A DNA stretch of 64,000 bases from an uncultured Acidobacteriota bacterium (GTDB lineage Bacteria; Acidobacteriota; Vicinamibacteria; Vicinamibacterales; 2-12-FULL-66-21). Below the pieces are notes generated by a model. That model made no database searches, was not told the origin of the DNA, and saw only the letters and a list, made by a program, of their open reading frames with translations. Below, in pieces: positions 44,613-55,535 of this stretch (position 1 is the stretch's first letter; every line of letters begins with the position of its first letter). Location of the stretch: assembly GCA_963710415.1 (NCBI GenBank), contig CAVQAH010000024.1, positions 2,405 to 66,404 on the forward strand, read 5' to 3'. A program made the translations under genes and the position numbers.

Positions 44613-44909
44613 TTGCCATCCCGCCGGAAAAAAGCGTATCTCGCTGCACGGTTCTTCATCACGACGATCAACCGCGGATGCGCTACCATCGAGGTGGAGG
44701 ATGTGGTGGACGATCTGCATTTCGAGGGCGATCCCGCTACAGACAGCACACGCCGTCAGCTCGAACGGGTGCTCAAGGACGAGGCCCCGCGGCGCTGGCC
44801 CTGGCTGGCCGCGGTAGCCGCGGGAAGCACGGCGTTGATGTTCTGGCAGATTCGGCGGCGACGAAAGAATGGCGCAAGCACAAACGAGCCGGCCCCCCGC
44901 CGCACCTGA
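44613..44909 (+). CDS. Small hypothetical protein with one predicted TM segment
   Basis: The ORF contains WPWLAAVAAGSTALMFW followed by a basic tail RRRRKNG. Start uncertain; weak call. Confidence 0.2.
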   Translation: MPSRRKKAYLAARFFITTINRGCATIEVEDVVDDLHFEGDPATDSTRRQLERVLKDEAPRRWPWLAAVAAGSTALMFWQIRRRRKNGASTNEPAPRRT

Positions 44910-44968
44910 CGCGGAGGGAGCCGGCTCGTTTCCTGTCCCGGGTTTCGTTCCTTCTTACTCTCTCCTTA

Positions 44969-47890
44969 TCAGAATCCGAACCGGACGCCGAACCGCAGGA
45001 TGCGCGGGCTCAGGTTCTGCGTGAGCCTGTTGAAGGCCGGCGACGTGACGTTCCGCTGACGGTTCAACTCGGTGTTCGCGTTGAACACGTTGAAGAGGTC
45101 CGCCACCAGCTGCATGTTCAGCCGCTGATAGGTGAACGTCTTCGAGCCGCGGAGGTCGAGGTTCCAGATGTCGTCGAAGCGGAACGTGTCGAGCTCCGGC
45201 GAGACCAGCACGCGCATGCTGCCGTCGTTGCCCAGCGTCGCCGACTGGAAGATCGGGTACGGATTGCCCTGGCGGCCGAAGAAGTTCCCGGCCACTTCGA
45301 ACCCGCGACCGAAGTCGTAGGCGCCGTTGACGTTGATCTGCCACTTGCCGTTCACGAACACGTCGCCGGCGCCGCTACCGGCACTGCGCTGCGCGACGAT
45401 GCCGCCGTCGACGAGCGACGAGCTCTCGTAGCGTGTCGGGTTGCCGAGCAGGTTACGTGCGTCCGCATCGTAGTGCTCGCGCGGATTGTTCCACGCGAAC
45501 CCGCCGCGCATCATCCAGCGGTTGGACATCCGCTTGACGATCGAGAGTTCGATGCCGTTGTACGTCGTGTGGTACCCATCGTAGTTGGTCAGCTCGCGCC
45601 CGTTTCCGTTTGCCGCGATGAGCGCGGAGTTCGGTGCGTAGATCGGCACGTTGTAATTCGATCCGTCGGGCAGTGTTCCGGTGAGGGTGCCAGTCTGCGT
45701 GTAGTCGGCGCGGGTCAGACCACGCCACGGAATGAACATGAGGCCGAGGGGATCGGCCGCACCGGTGAGGCCGACATAGCCACTCGACTTGCTGAACGTG
45801 TAGTTGACGGCGACCGCCAGGTTCGGCATCACTTCACGTTCGAGTCCAAACCCGAAGCCGGTGGTCACGGGTGCCTCGAGATCCGGATCGATCGTATCGG
45901 CGGACACGACCGACGTCGGATCGGCCGGGTTGAAGCCGCCGCCCGGGTGCAATAAAGCCCTGGCTGAGCAGCACTTCATTGCCTTGAACGAAGAGATCCC
46001 CGTTGAGGTCCTCCCACGGGTAGTCGACGAAGCCGGCGTTGCCACTCAGATTGGCGAAGCCGACCGTGTTGGCATCGAGCTGTCCCGCGTAGCGGCTGAA
46101 ATTCGCGCGCACCAGCGTCTTGCGGCTGTCGTCCAAGCGCATAGGTCATGCCCAGCCGGGGGTGAAGCGTGTTCCAGTCGAATGGCGCGTCGTAGCCCGC
46201 GAATTCGATGCCCGGAACCAGGGTCGGGAACTCCCTGTTTCCGAGTGTCGAACTCGGCCAGCGCTTTCCCCGTCTGCCGATCGAACCGTAACCCCGCGTC
46301 GACCGTCATCCGGCCGCGGCTGAACGTGTCGCCGACATAGAAGCTGAGGTACTCGGTCCGGTTGGTCCCGTTGCCGTTGCGATAGATGCGCGCGAACCGG
46401 CGATCGGAAAAGTCCTGAGCCTGAATCATGTTGCCCGGCCAGATCTGCTGGCTCGTCGCATCATGACGCCGCCAGCCCACCCCGAACTTGACGTCGTGAT
46501 TGCCGCCCCATCCCGATTGGTAGTAGTTGGCGTCGAAATTCAGGATGTTCTGCGGGCGGATGAAGCGCTGCGCGCGGGTCGTTCCGAACGCCTGCCCCAA
46601 CCGTGTGCTGACCGACGCCTGCCCGTCGAGGCCACCCTGCGGTTCGAGGCTGAACCCGGTGCCGTAGTAGGCGTACTTGCTCGACAGGAACAGGTTCGAC
46701 GAGAACACGTGGTTGTTCTCGAACTTGAGCAGACCGTGCGGCCGGTTCTCGGGATACCGATTCGCCTGATTCCAGGTCGCTGTCGCCGCGAGCACCTGCG
46801 CATCACCAGTCGCGCGCCCGTATTTCACCTTGTCTCCGAGGAACCACAGCACGCTGATCATGTCCTTGGAGGTCGCCTGCCAGTTCCCCTTGAGGTTGTA
46901 GGTCTTCAGGATCGTGCGGTCCGTGAGCGCGCCGGCGGACCGAATCAAGCGGATATCCTGCTTGGTCCACGAGCCCCACACCCACGCCTTGTCGCGCACG
47001 ATCGGGCCGCCCAGATCGAAACCGTAGTCGGAGATCTGATCGTTGTGATCGGCGGTCTCTGGCGTCACGCCGAGCGCCGTCAGTTCGTCAGGCACGTTCG
47101 AGGCCTCGAGGCCGTCGTTGGTGAAATAGCCGCGGGCGGTTCCCCGATACTGATTCGTCCCGCGCTTCACGACGAAGTTCAATCCTGCGCCGCCGGTCGC
47201 CTGACGGATGTCGTGGCCGGAAGTCGAGATCTGAATCTCGTCGAAGGCGTCGAAGTCGAAGTAGGTTGGCGAGCCGCCGTTGGCGGACATGTCCGTGATC
47301 ACCACGCCGTCCATGGTCCACACCGTGTCGTAGCGGCTGGCGCCCTTGGAGGCAAAGTTGGACTGCTGACCCGTCTCGTTTCCGGCGATGTTGACGCGAT
47401 CCATCTGCACGCCTGGCACGGTGCGCAGGAGCGCCCAAGGATCGCGAGACGTCGGCACCTTGCTGAGCTCGTCCTGCGTGAAGTTGGTCGCGGTACCAGT
47501 CGCCCGCGAGTCGACGATCGGTGAGGTGCCCTCGACCGTCACCGTCTCCTGAACAGTGGCGACCCGCATCGCAAACGGCAGGTCGACGTTCGCGCCGACC
47601 GTCACGAGGATGTTGTCGCGGACGAGCGATGTGAAGCCAGACAGCTCCGCCGTCAACTTGTAGGTGCCAGGCGGAAGGTTGAGAAAGCGGTAGCGACCGT
47701 CCTCACCGGTCACGAAGGTGAGCGTTCGATCCGAACCGGTCAACGTAATGGTCGCGCCAGGCAACAGGCCGCCCTGCTGATCCTGAACGGCTCCGCTGAC
47801 CGTGCCGCTGTGCACTTGAGCCATCGCCGGCGCCACAAACGCGCTGGCCATGGAGACAATGCAAAGCAGCAGCAGACAGAGTCTTTTCAT
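44969..47890 (-). CDS. TonB-dependent receptor (CarboxypepD_reg type), three frame breaks between ~45960 and ~46260
   Basis: N-terminus has a signal peptide plus GTVSGAVQDQQGGLLPGATITLTG...DGRYRFLNLPPGTYKLTAELSGF and a plug region. The middle was recovered by hand: SSTLGNREFPTLVPGIEFAGYDAPFDWNTLHPRLGMTYAL / DDSRKTLVRANFSRYAGQ... The protein ends ...SPRILRFGVRFGF*. Confidence 0.85.
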
Positions 47891-48329
47891 GGGTCACTGC
47901 TCCTTCAATAGATGGAAATGGAACGCGCTGATAGGCCAGCGCCGGCGGCGCAGAGAGAGCACCGTGCATGCCATTCGCAAAATGGACGCAAACGGCTGAA
48001 ATTTCTAAGAGATGCAGGTCTGACCGCTTACGACGACTTCAATGCGTTGAATCCACTGCGGCAGGAGCCGGTGGCGATCGCGTGCCTTGAGCGGGCGTGT
48101 GTTACGAGTGGTGTGTTCAACGAATCCCAGAAGCGTGCAGTCATGCGGTTCGCCACGAATGGATTGCCGTTCACGTCGTGATGAATGGCAGAAACGCGAG
48201 GTCCGCTCTGATGCGCGCAAGTTTTCGCTGGACGTAAAGAGCGGAGCGGAGTTCCAGTGAGCCGAACCTGCACACTTACGATCTGTTGAATCGGATCGAG
48301 GGCAGAAACCAAAAGCGTGAAGCGGTGGA

Positions 48330-51023
48330 CTACTCCTGACGCAACGCGACGGTGGGATCGAGACGCGCCGCACGCCGTGCCGGCAGCCAGCTCGCGACCA
48401 GGCTGACGGCGGCAAGCGTCCCAACACCCATCCCGACCGTGGCGGGATCCCAGGGCTCGAGGCCGAACAGGAGTGCGCTGGCCGATCGCGCGCTGAAGAT
48501 CGCGAGCCCGGTGCCGACGACAAGGCCGGCCGCGAGCAGTGCCCCTGCCTCGAACACGACCATGCGGACCACGGCCCGAGCATCCGCACCGAGGGCGATT
48601 CTGATACCAATCTCACGGCGGCGCCGCGTCACCAAATACGACATCACCCCGTACAGCCCGACGGTGGCGATCAACAGCGCGAGCCCGCCGAAGAATCCCG
48701 ACAAGGTCGCCATCAACCGCTCGCTCACCAGGGAATCGCGAATCAACGTCTGCAATGTGGAGTACTGCACGATGGCCGCCGGTGTCACTCCGGTGATCGC
48801 GCGCGTCGTGGCGGCAGACACCCCTGACAGGGCGACGTCAGCTTTCATCACGACCTGCAGGAACTCGCTTTTTTCGCGCTCCTGACTCTTGGCCAGGTAC
48901 GCGATCGGCACGAACGGCTCGCGCAGGTCGGTGTACTTGGTGTCTTTCACCAGACCAACGATGTGGTAGAGCGGCTGCGGCTCGCCGACGGGCGCCTGAA
49001 TCTGGAACGATTGGCCGATCGGGTTCTTCCCGGGAAGGAACGTTCGCGCGAACGATTCGTTGACGATGGCGACCGGCGTCGACTCCGGAGTGTCCGTCCG
49101 ATTGAAATCACGACCGTCGATGATCGGAGTGCCCAGCGCGCGGAAGTAATCGGTGCCGACACCATTGAAATTGGTCATGGTCTGCTGCGCCACGCCCCCG
49201 ATCAGGATTTGGTTGTTCCACCCGTTTCCGCTGACGGGGACCATGAAGGTCTCGGCGGCGGCGCGAACGCCAGGTACCGCGCGGATGCGTTCCATGATTT
49301 GATCGAAGATGGCGCGTCGTGCCTCCGGCGGCAGGTTGGCGCGGCGCATATCGAGATTCGCGATGAGGACGGCGTCGCTGCGAAAGCCGCTGTCGAGGGT
49401 CACGAGATTGCGAAGGCTCCGGCCGAACAACAGGGCGCCGGCGATGAGCACCAGCGAAAGCGCCACCTGCACGACCACCAGCGCGCGGCGAAGCCCGAAG
49501 CGTTCACGCGAATCGGTCGCGGTCCGGCTCGACGACTGGATCGTCGAGCGCGCGTTGGCGCCGGTGGCTTGCCATGCCGGCGCCAGGCCAAAGAGCAGGC
49601 AGGCCGATACCGCGAGCATCGCGGCAAACGCCAGGATGCGCCAGTCGCTGGACAGGCTGACGAACACTCTTTGTCCGTCAGTGCTCAGGAACGACACGAG
49701 CGTTTGACTGAGCCAGCCGGCCAGCAGCAGCCCCAGCGCGGCGCCCGCCGACGCAATCAACAGACTCTCTGCGAGCATTTGCCGGATGATGCGCGGGCGC
49801 GAGGCGCCGATGGCCAGCCTGATGGAGATCTCGCGCTCGCGTGCACTCGCCCGCGCCAGCATCAGATTCGCGAGGTTGGCGCAGGTGATCAGCAGCACCA
49901 GCCCGGTCACCCCGAACAACAAGTAGAGCGGCGTCGCGTACGCGCGCCTGAGCGACGACACGCCCGTCCCGGCCTGGCTCGCGACGATCGTGAAGGCCTG
50001 GTAGTCCTTCGCGGTCTCAGGCCGATACCGCGGCGGCACGGTGGCGCCAAACAGACCTGGTGAAATCGCGGCAAGATGGGCCGAGGCGCCATCGAGCGTC
50101 CAGCCGGGTTTCAGACGGCCCATGACGTCGAGCATCCAGTAATCGCGGCGGTCGAGCGCGGACTCCGAGCCGGCGATCAGCGGCTCGGCGCAGAGCGGCG
50201 CCGCCACGTCGAAGGTCCGTCCAACCTCGACACCGAAGAAGGTCGCTGGCGTGACGCCGACGACCTCGAAGGGATACCCGTCGAGCGTCAGCGAGCGTCC
50301 GAGCACCTGCGGATCACCCCCGAACTGCCGCTGCCAGAACCCATGGCTCAGGACGAGGCCGGGAGCCCCGCACCCGCGGCGATCGTCGGCGTCGGTCAAG
50401 ACGCGGCCGATCAACGCTGGCACGCCGAGCGTCTCGAAGAAGCGGCCGCTGACCCACATGCCGTAGACCGGTCGCGATTCGCCACCAGTCGACATGTCGA
50501 ACGCATTGCTGCCCCACGCGAGCATCGACGAGAAGGCCTGCTGCTCGGCTTGAATGCGTTCCCACAGCGGGTTGGTCATGAACGGGCGGCGGCTGATGAA
50601 GCGTCCCGTGCGCCCTTTGTCGTGCGTATCGATCCCGATTGAGACCAGCTCGTGGGGGTCCCTGACCGGCAGCTGTCTGAGGCGAACGGCATCGACGATT
50701 TGAAAGATGGCGGTGTTGGCGCCGGTTCCAAGCGCCAGCGTCAGGATCGCCACGATGGCGAAGGTCGGGTTGCGGCGAAGCACCCGCGCCCCGTAGGTCA
50801 GATCCTTCCAGAGCGACTCGAGGAAGCCGAGCGTATTCATCCGATAAATCTCCTCGCGCACCAGCGTGGCGTTGCCGAGCTTCAGTCGCGCGGCACGGCG
50901 GGCCTCGTCATGCGACATTCCGCGGGCGCGGTTGTCGTCGTACTCGTGGGCGAGGTACGACTCGAGCTCACGTGCCCGCTCCGAGTCCCAGCGGCCCCGC
51001 CGGAAAAAACGGCTCAACCCCAC
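48330..51023 (-). CDS. Duplicated FtsX/MacB-type permease ('ADOP'-like), intact
   Basis: 897-aa uninterrupted ORF. N-terminus ESYLAHEYDDNRARGMSHDEARRAARLKLGN...LRRNPTFAIVAILTLALGTGANTAIF. Two FtsX halves are present (CANLANLMLARASAREREISIRLAIGASRPRI; RRREIGIRIALGADARAVV). Confidence 0.9.
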   Translation of the reverse strand: MGLSRFFRRGRWDSERARELESYLAHEYDDNRARGMSHDEARRAARLKLGNATLVREEIYRMNTLGFLESLWKDLTYGARVLRRNPTFAIVAILTLALGTGANTAIFQIVDAVRLRQLPVRDPHELVSIGIDTHDKGRTGRFISRRPFMTNPLWERIQAEQQAFSSMLAWGSNAFDMSTGGESRPVYGMWVSGRFFETLGVPALIGRVLTDADDRRGCGAPGLVLSHGFWQRQFGGDPQVLGRSLTLDGYPFEVVGVTPATFFGVEVGRTFDVAAPLCAEPLIAGSESALDRRDYWMLDVMGRLKPGWTLDGASAHLAAISPGLFGATVPPRYRPETAKDYQAFTIVASQAGTGVSSLRRAYATPLYLLFGVTGLVLLITCANLANLMLARASAREREISIRLAIGASRPRIIRQMLAESLLIASAGAALGLLLAGWLSQTLVSFLSTDGQRVFVSLSSDWRILAFAAMLAVSACLLFGLAPAWQATGANARSTIQSSSRTATDSRERFGLRRALVVVQVALSLVLIAGALLFGRSLRNLVTLDSGFRSDAVLIANLDMRRANLPPEARRAIFDQIMERIRAVPGVRAAAETFMVPVSGNGWNNQILIGGVAQQTMTNFNGVGTDYFRALGTPIIDGRDFNRTDTPESTPVAIVNESFARTFLPGKNPIGQSFQIQAPVGEPQPLYHIVGLVKDTKYTDLREPFVPIAYLAKSQEREKSEFLQVVMKADVALSGVSAATTRAITGVTPAAIVQYSTLQTLIRDSLVSERLMATLSGFFGGLALLIATVGLYGVMSYLVTRRRREIGIRIALGADARAVVRMVVFEAGALLAAGLVVGTGLAIFSARSASALLFGLEPWDPATVGMGVGTLAAVSLVASWLPARRAARLDPTVALRQE

Positions 51024-51041
51024 GTGACCGTCTCTCCCTCT

Positions 51042-51392
51042 CTAATCAGCAGGCCGCAGGATGCGATTGACGGCGCGGACGATCTCGTCCCAGCGGTTCG
51101 TCTGCTCCGCGAGCTGCGCGCGCCCGCGCGGCGTAATCCGGTAGTACCGTGCGCGGCGGTTGTTCTCGGATGTGCCCCAGAAGGACGCGATCCATCCGCG
51201 ATCCTCGAGACGATGGAGCGCCGGATAGAGCGAGCCGTGCTCGACCTGCAGGACCTCCTCGGAACGGTGCTCGATCGCATGAGCGATGGTGTGCCCGTGA
51301 GACGGACCGAGCGCCAGCGTCCGGAGGATCAGCAGATCGAGGGTGCCCTGGAGCATTTCGCCCTGCATCGGGGTCTGTCCACGCTTCGGCAT
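51042..51392 (-). CDS. PadR-family transcriptional regulator
   Basis: [40 protein letters not shown]...[20 protein letters not shown]. It ends 18 nt upstream of the permease start. Confidence 0.9.
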   Translation of the reverse strand: MPKRGQTPMQGEMLQGTLDLLILRTLALGPSHGHTIAHAIEHRSEEVLQVEHGSLYPALHRLEDRGWIASFWGTSENNRRARYYRITPRGRAQLAEQTNRWDEIVRAVNRILRPAD

Positions 51393-51593
51393 CGCTCCAC
51401 AAGATAATCTACCTGAGAAGGCGCTGTCCAGCGTGGCTTGCGTGATTTTCACAGGGCTGTCGCCACTACAGATGATCTAGCGAACGGTGGCCTGGCGCGA
51501 ATCCCGTCTGAGGAATCGGTTACGCGCATCCTTGCACCGCGCATGCGCCTGAATGTGGAATGATTTCTGCGGCACTGATGGGCGATAGCGATC

Positions 51594-52226
51594 ATGAATG
51601 ACGGCGATCAGGAGATCGTCCGCGCGTTCCGGCGCCAGGCGCAGCTCGTGCGCAAGGCCCTCGTCGGGCTCAACCTCGGAGAGCACAGCGACGCGCCTGG
51701 GCTTCGCATGGTGGACGGCTATATCGAGATCGACAAATGGCTCGAGCGATATCGCCGGCTGTGCATTCCCGTTCGCCGCACGTTCCTCGATCACGACAAG
51801 GCGAGCTTCCGCCAGTCTTCCACAATACTGACGCGACATGAGGATCCGGCCCTGCAGTCGCGCGCGCGCGAGGCGAGCGAGACCTACGAAGGCGTGATGT
51901 CGCAGCTCGGGCGCGAGACCGTGCTCGGCGGGCGACGAGTCAAGGGCACCGACATGCTGAAGGCCTGGCTCGATGCGGCCGTGTTCTACGACAGCACCGA
52001 CCGCCGCAAGCCGTACGAAGAGATGCTCGGCACGATGGGCAAAGCGGTGGAGGGTCTCGCGGCTGAATACACGGAGGATCTCGCGCGCGCCGTGATTGCA
52101 CTGGACGAGGTCGCTGCCGTGGCGCTCGACGAGCCCATCGTCCTGCCCGATCCCGAACCTGCCAAGCCCCCGCCAGCCGAACCCAGACATCGGCGTGGCT
52201 GGTGGAAGCTCTTCAGTCGGTCGTAG
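51594..52226 (+). CDS. Hypothetical protein (210 aa)
   Basis: Uninterrupted ORF with ordinary amino-acid composition and a Pro-rich basic tail. No family recognised. Confidence 0.45.
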   Translation: MNDGDQEIVRAFRRQAQLVRKALVGLNLGEHSDAPGLRMVDGYIEIDKWLERYRRLCIPVRRTFLDHDKASFRQSSTILTRHEDPALQSRAREASETYEGVMSQLGRETVLGGRRVKGTDMLKAWLDAAVFYDSTDRRKPYEEMLGTMGKAVEGLAAEYTEDLARAVIALDEVAAVALDEPIVLPDPEPAKPPPAEPRHRRGWWKLFSRS

Positions 52227-52254
52227 CTTGCACGCTCGTCGGGGCTCGGGACTC

Positions 52255-52352
52255 GGGGCTCGTCGTGGTCAGTAGTCCGTGGTTCGTGCTCGTAGCTCGT
52301 CGCTCGTAGTGCTGGCCGAGCGAGCCTCGAGCCACGACGACGAACCACGATC
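52255..52352. repeat. Palindromic element, GTGGTTCGTGG family
   Basis: tcgtcgtggtcagtagtccgtggttcgtgctcg (52260-52292) pairs with cgagccacgacgacgaaccacga (52328-52350). Confidence 0.65.
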
Positions 52353-52373
52353 TCGTCCGCATATACTCGCTCG

Positions 52374-54068
52374 GTGCACTCGTTCGATCTGATCGTGACC
52401 CTTGCCGGCGGTCTCGCGGCAGCGCTGGCGGCGGGCTACCTGACCCATCGTCTCGGCCTGTCACCCATCGTCGGTTACCTCTTCGCTGGACTGCTGGTCG
52501 GGCCGTACACCCCCGGGTTCGTCGCGGATCAGCATCTTGCCGAACAGCTCGCCGAGGTCGGCGTCATCCTGCTCATGTTCGGCGTAGGGCTTCAGTTCCA
52601 CATCGAGGAGCTCCTCGCCGTTCGCGCCATCGCGATTCCTGGCGCGCTCGTCCAAAGCGGCGTCGCGACGGTGCTGGGCGCATGGGTCGGCCGATCGGCA
52701 GGCTGGGGTTGGGAGGCATCGATCGTCTTCGGGATCGCGCTGTCGGTGGCGAGCACGGTCGTGCTGGTGCGGGTCTTGAGCGACAACCGCGATCTGCACA
52801 CGCCGGCCGGCCACATCGCAATCGGATGGCTGGTCGTCGAAGACATCCTGACCGTGCTCATCCTCGTGCTGATGCCCGCGATCTTCGCCAACGATGGCAG
52901 CACTGGAACAGGCGATCCCATCTGGCTCGCCGTGGCGCTGGCGCTGGGGAAGATCGGCCTGCTCGTCGTCTTCACCATCGCCGCGGGCGGACGGGCGATC
53001 CCGTGGCTGCTGACCCATGTCGCGTCCACGCGATCCCGCGAGCTGTTCACGCTGACCGTGCTCGTCGTCGCCCTGGGCATCGCCGTGGCGTCTGCGAAGG
53101 TGTTTGGCGTCTCGATGGCGCTGGGAGCGTTTCTGGCGGGGATGGTCGTCGGCCGCTCAGATTTCAGCGTCCGCGCCGCATCCGAAGCGATGCCGATGCG
53201 CGACGCGTTCGCCGTCCTGTTCTTCGTCTCGGTGGGGATGCTGCTCGATCCCGCGAAGCTGCTCGAGCAGCCGATGCTGGTCCTGCTGACGCTGGCGGTG
53301 ATCGTCATCGGGAAGCCGGCAGCGGCCCTGCTCATCACGGCGCTCTTCCGCCATTCACTCAAGGTCGGTCTGTCCGTGGCCGTCGCGCTCGCCCAGATCG
53401 GCGAGTTCTCGTTCATCGTGGCGACGCTCGGCAACTCGTTGGGCGTGCTGCCTGCGGCTGCGACACAAATCCTCGTTGCGGCCGCCATCGTCTCGATCAC
53501 CATCAACCCACTCCTGTATCGATCGGTGGACAGCATCGCCAGGAGATTCTCGAGACAGGATCCTGTGACGGCCCAGATGCACGAGGACGAGCAACCGGAG
53601 AGCCGGTTCCGCGCGATCGTGGTGGGGTACGGGCCTATCGGGCGGACCGTCGGCCGCCTGCTGCGCGATAACGAGATCGAGCCGACGATCATCGAGCTCA
53701 ACATGGACACCGTTCAACAACTGCGTCAGGAGGGTGTGCAGGCGATCTACGGCGACGCCAGCCAGCCCAACACGCTGGCCAGCGCCGGCGTCTCGCGCGC
53801 CCGCGGCATCATCGTCAGCGTCGCCGGGATGCCCGGCATCGAGGAGACCATCCGCCTCGCGCGCGAGCTGAATCCGAATATTCAGACCCTCGTTCGCACG
53901 ACGAATCTCCGGGAGGCGAGCGCCTTGCGGTCGGCTGGCGCTGACGTCGTGTTCTCCGGCGAAGGCGAAGTGGCACTGGCGTTCACCGAAGCGATCCTCG
54001 AGAATCTCGGCGCTACCCCCGAGCAGATTCAGCGCGAACGGGCGCGCGTCCACGCCGAACTCACATAG
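52374..54068 (+). CDS. Kef-type monovalent cation:proton antiporter (CPA2) with C-terminal TrkA-N/RCK domain
   Basis: Intact 564-aa ORF (GTG start). Motifs: LGLSPIVGYLFAGLLVGP...VGVILLMFGVGLQF and ~12 TM segments. C-terminal Rossmann region AIVVGYGPIGRTVGRLL. Confidence 0.9.
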   Translation: MHSFDLIVTLAGGLAAALAAGYLTHRLGLSPIVGYLFAGLLVGPYTPGFVADQHLAEQLAEVGVILLMFGVGLQFHIEELLAVRAIAIPGALVQSGVATVLGAWVGRSAGWGWEASIVFGIALSVASTVVLVRVLSDNRDLHTPAGHIAIGWLVVEDILTVLILVLMPAIFANDGSTGTGDPIWLAVALALGKIGLLVVFTIAAGGRAIPWLLTHVASTRSRELFTLTVLVVALGIAVASAKVFGVSMALGAFLAGMVVGRSDFSVRAASEAMPMRDAFAVLFFVSVGMLLDPAKLLEQPMLVLLTLAVIVIGKPAAALLITALFRHSLKVGLSVAVALAQIGEFSFIVATLGNSLGVLPAAATQILVAAAIVSITINPLLYRSVDSIARRFSRQDPVTAQMHEDEQPESRFRAIVVGYGPIGRTVGRLLRDNEIEPTIIELNMDTVQQLRQEGVQAIYGDASQPNTLASAGVSRARGIIVSVAGMPGIEETIRLARELNPNIQTLVRTTNLREASALRSAGADVVFSGEGEVALAFTEAILENLGATPEQIQRERARVHAELT

Positions 54069-54136
54069 AATCGTTTCGTTCCGATTTCCGATCCTTCCGA
54101 TTTCCAATTCTCACGGAAGCAGCAGCCGGAGGACTC

Positions 54137-55339
54137 ATGCGTCGTTCGAAGCTCGTGTCAGCGGTTTTTGTGGCCGTCGCAATGGCTGGCGCCGCCGTCG
54201 TGGCCCCGCGGGCCCAGCGTGGGCAGCAGCCCGACAGGCGGGTTCGCGTCGAACCCGGGCAGGCATGCCCGCAAGGCATGACGGAAGTCCGTCGCGACTC
54301 GTGCCAGCCGCCGGAAATGCCGCCGCCGTCGATCGTCGACTACCGGCCAAAGTCGACCGTCGTCGCCGTCGACCACCTCGTGCCGAAAGCGAAGTTTCCG
54401 CTCGTCGACATCCACAATCACCAGGGCGTGACGGCGGCCAACATCGAGCAGCTGATCAAAGAGATGGACGCGATGAACCTGCGCGTGATGGTCAATCTGA
54501 GCGGCGGCAGCGGCGATCGGCTGAAGCAGAACGTCGCGTTCATCCGGAGCAGTCCGCACAAGGATCGCTTCAGGGTCTTCGCAAACGTGAACTTCAATGG
54601 CGCGGGCTCGCCAGGCTGGAAGGAGAAGGCGGCGGCGGAGCTCGAAACAGCGATCAAGGATGGCGCGATCGGGTTCAAGATCTTCAAGAACCTCGGTCTG
54701 AGCAGCATGAAGGCCGATGGATCGCGGCTGGCGATCGACGATCCCGAGCTCGATCCGCTCTTCGAGGTGTGCGCGCGGCTCAACGTGCCGGTGCTGATTC
54801 ACACGGCGGATCCGGCGCAGTTCTTCGAGGAAATCGATTTCAGCAACGAGCGGTGGCTCGAGCTCGCACTGTTTCCGGGACGTCAGTATCCGAGCAGCAA
54901 GTTTCCCTCGTTCGAGACGCTCGCGGGCGAGCGCGATCGTCTCTTCGCGCGTCATCCGAAGACGCGGTTCATCGCCGCGCACTTCGGGTGGCACGGCAAC
55001 GACCTCGGACGCGCCGCGAAGATGCTCGACTCGATGCCGAACGTCTACTTCGAGGTCGGCGCCGTCCTGTACGAGTTCGGCCGTCAGCCGCGTGCTGCGC
55101 GCGAATTCTTCACGAAGTACCAGGATCGCATCCTGTTCGGCAAGGATGCGTACGAGCCATCCGAGTATCCGTACTATTTCCGCGTCTTCGAAACAGGAGA
55201 CGAGTACTTCGACTACTACCGGAACTATCACGCGTTCTGGAAGCTGTACGGCATGAGCCTGCCTGACGCGGTCCTGCGGAAGCTGTACAACGAGAACGCG
55301 TTCAAGGTGGCGCCTGGTTTGCCCCCGATCGCACGTTAG
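54137..55339 (+). CDS. Exported metal-dependent hydrolase (amidohydrolase_2 / TIM-barrel fold)
   Basis: GGAGGA precedes the ATG. Signal peptide MRRSKLVSAVFVAVAMAGAAVVA. Motifs: VDIHNHQ, PVLIHTADP, FIAAHFGW, ILFGKDAY. Confidence 0.8.
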   Translation: MRRSKLVSAVFVAVAMAGAAVVAPRAQRGQQPDRRVRVEPGQACPQGMTEVRRDSCQPPEMPPPSIVDYRPKSTVVAVDHLVPKAKFPLVDIHNHQGVTAANIEQLIKEMDAMNLRVMVNLSGGSGDRLKQNVAFIRSSPHKDRFRVFANVNFNGAGSPGWKEKAAAELETAIKDGAIGFKIFKNLGLSSMKADGSRLAIDDPELDPLFEVCARLNVPVLIHTADPAQFFEEIDFSNERWLELALFPGRQYPSSKFPSFETLAGERDRLFARHPKTRFIAAHFGWHGNDLGRAAKMLDSMPNVYFEVGAVLYEFGRQPRAAREFFTKYQDRILFGKDAYEPSEYPYYFRVFETGDEYFDYYRNYHAFWKLYGMSLPDAVLRKLYNENAFKVAPGLPPIAR

Positions 55340-55535
55340 CGCCGAGGCGTCAGCAGCGATTGTTGATGGGGTTTCGGTAAGCCCTTGAATCGAAAGGGCT
55401 GCCGGGCGGGCCCCGAAAGCATCGCGATCTGACTCCGGGCGACAAAAGGCATCTGCGAGGGCCACTTTCATCGCACGGTTTTGCGACCCTCGCTGGTGCT
55501 ATGCTCGAAGAGCGGCGCGACCCAGGGGGCTGATT

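Noticed and set aside
47891-48329. Cobalamin riboswitch upstream of the TonB-dependent receptor
   Set aside because: No B12-box-like GCCACTG core or the associated conserved stems were seen on the receptor strand. The receptor is a CarboxypepD_reg type rather than BtuB-like.
55380-55400. Intrinsic terminator after the amidohydrolase_2 gene (agccctt-gaatcga-aagggct)
   Set aside because: A 7-bp stem is present but there is no following T-tract. It is too weak to annotate as a terminator.
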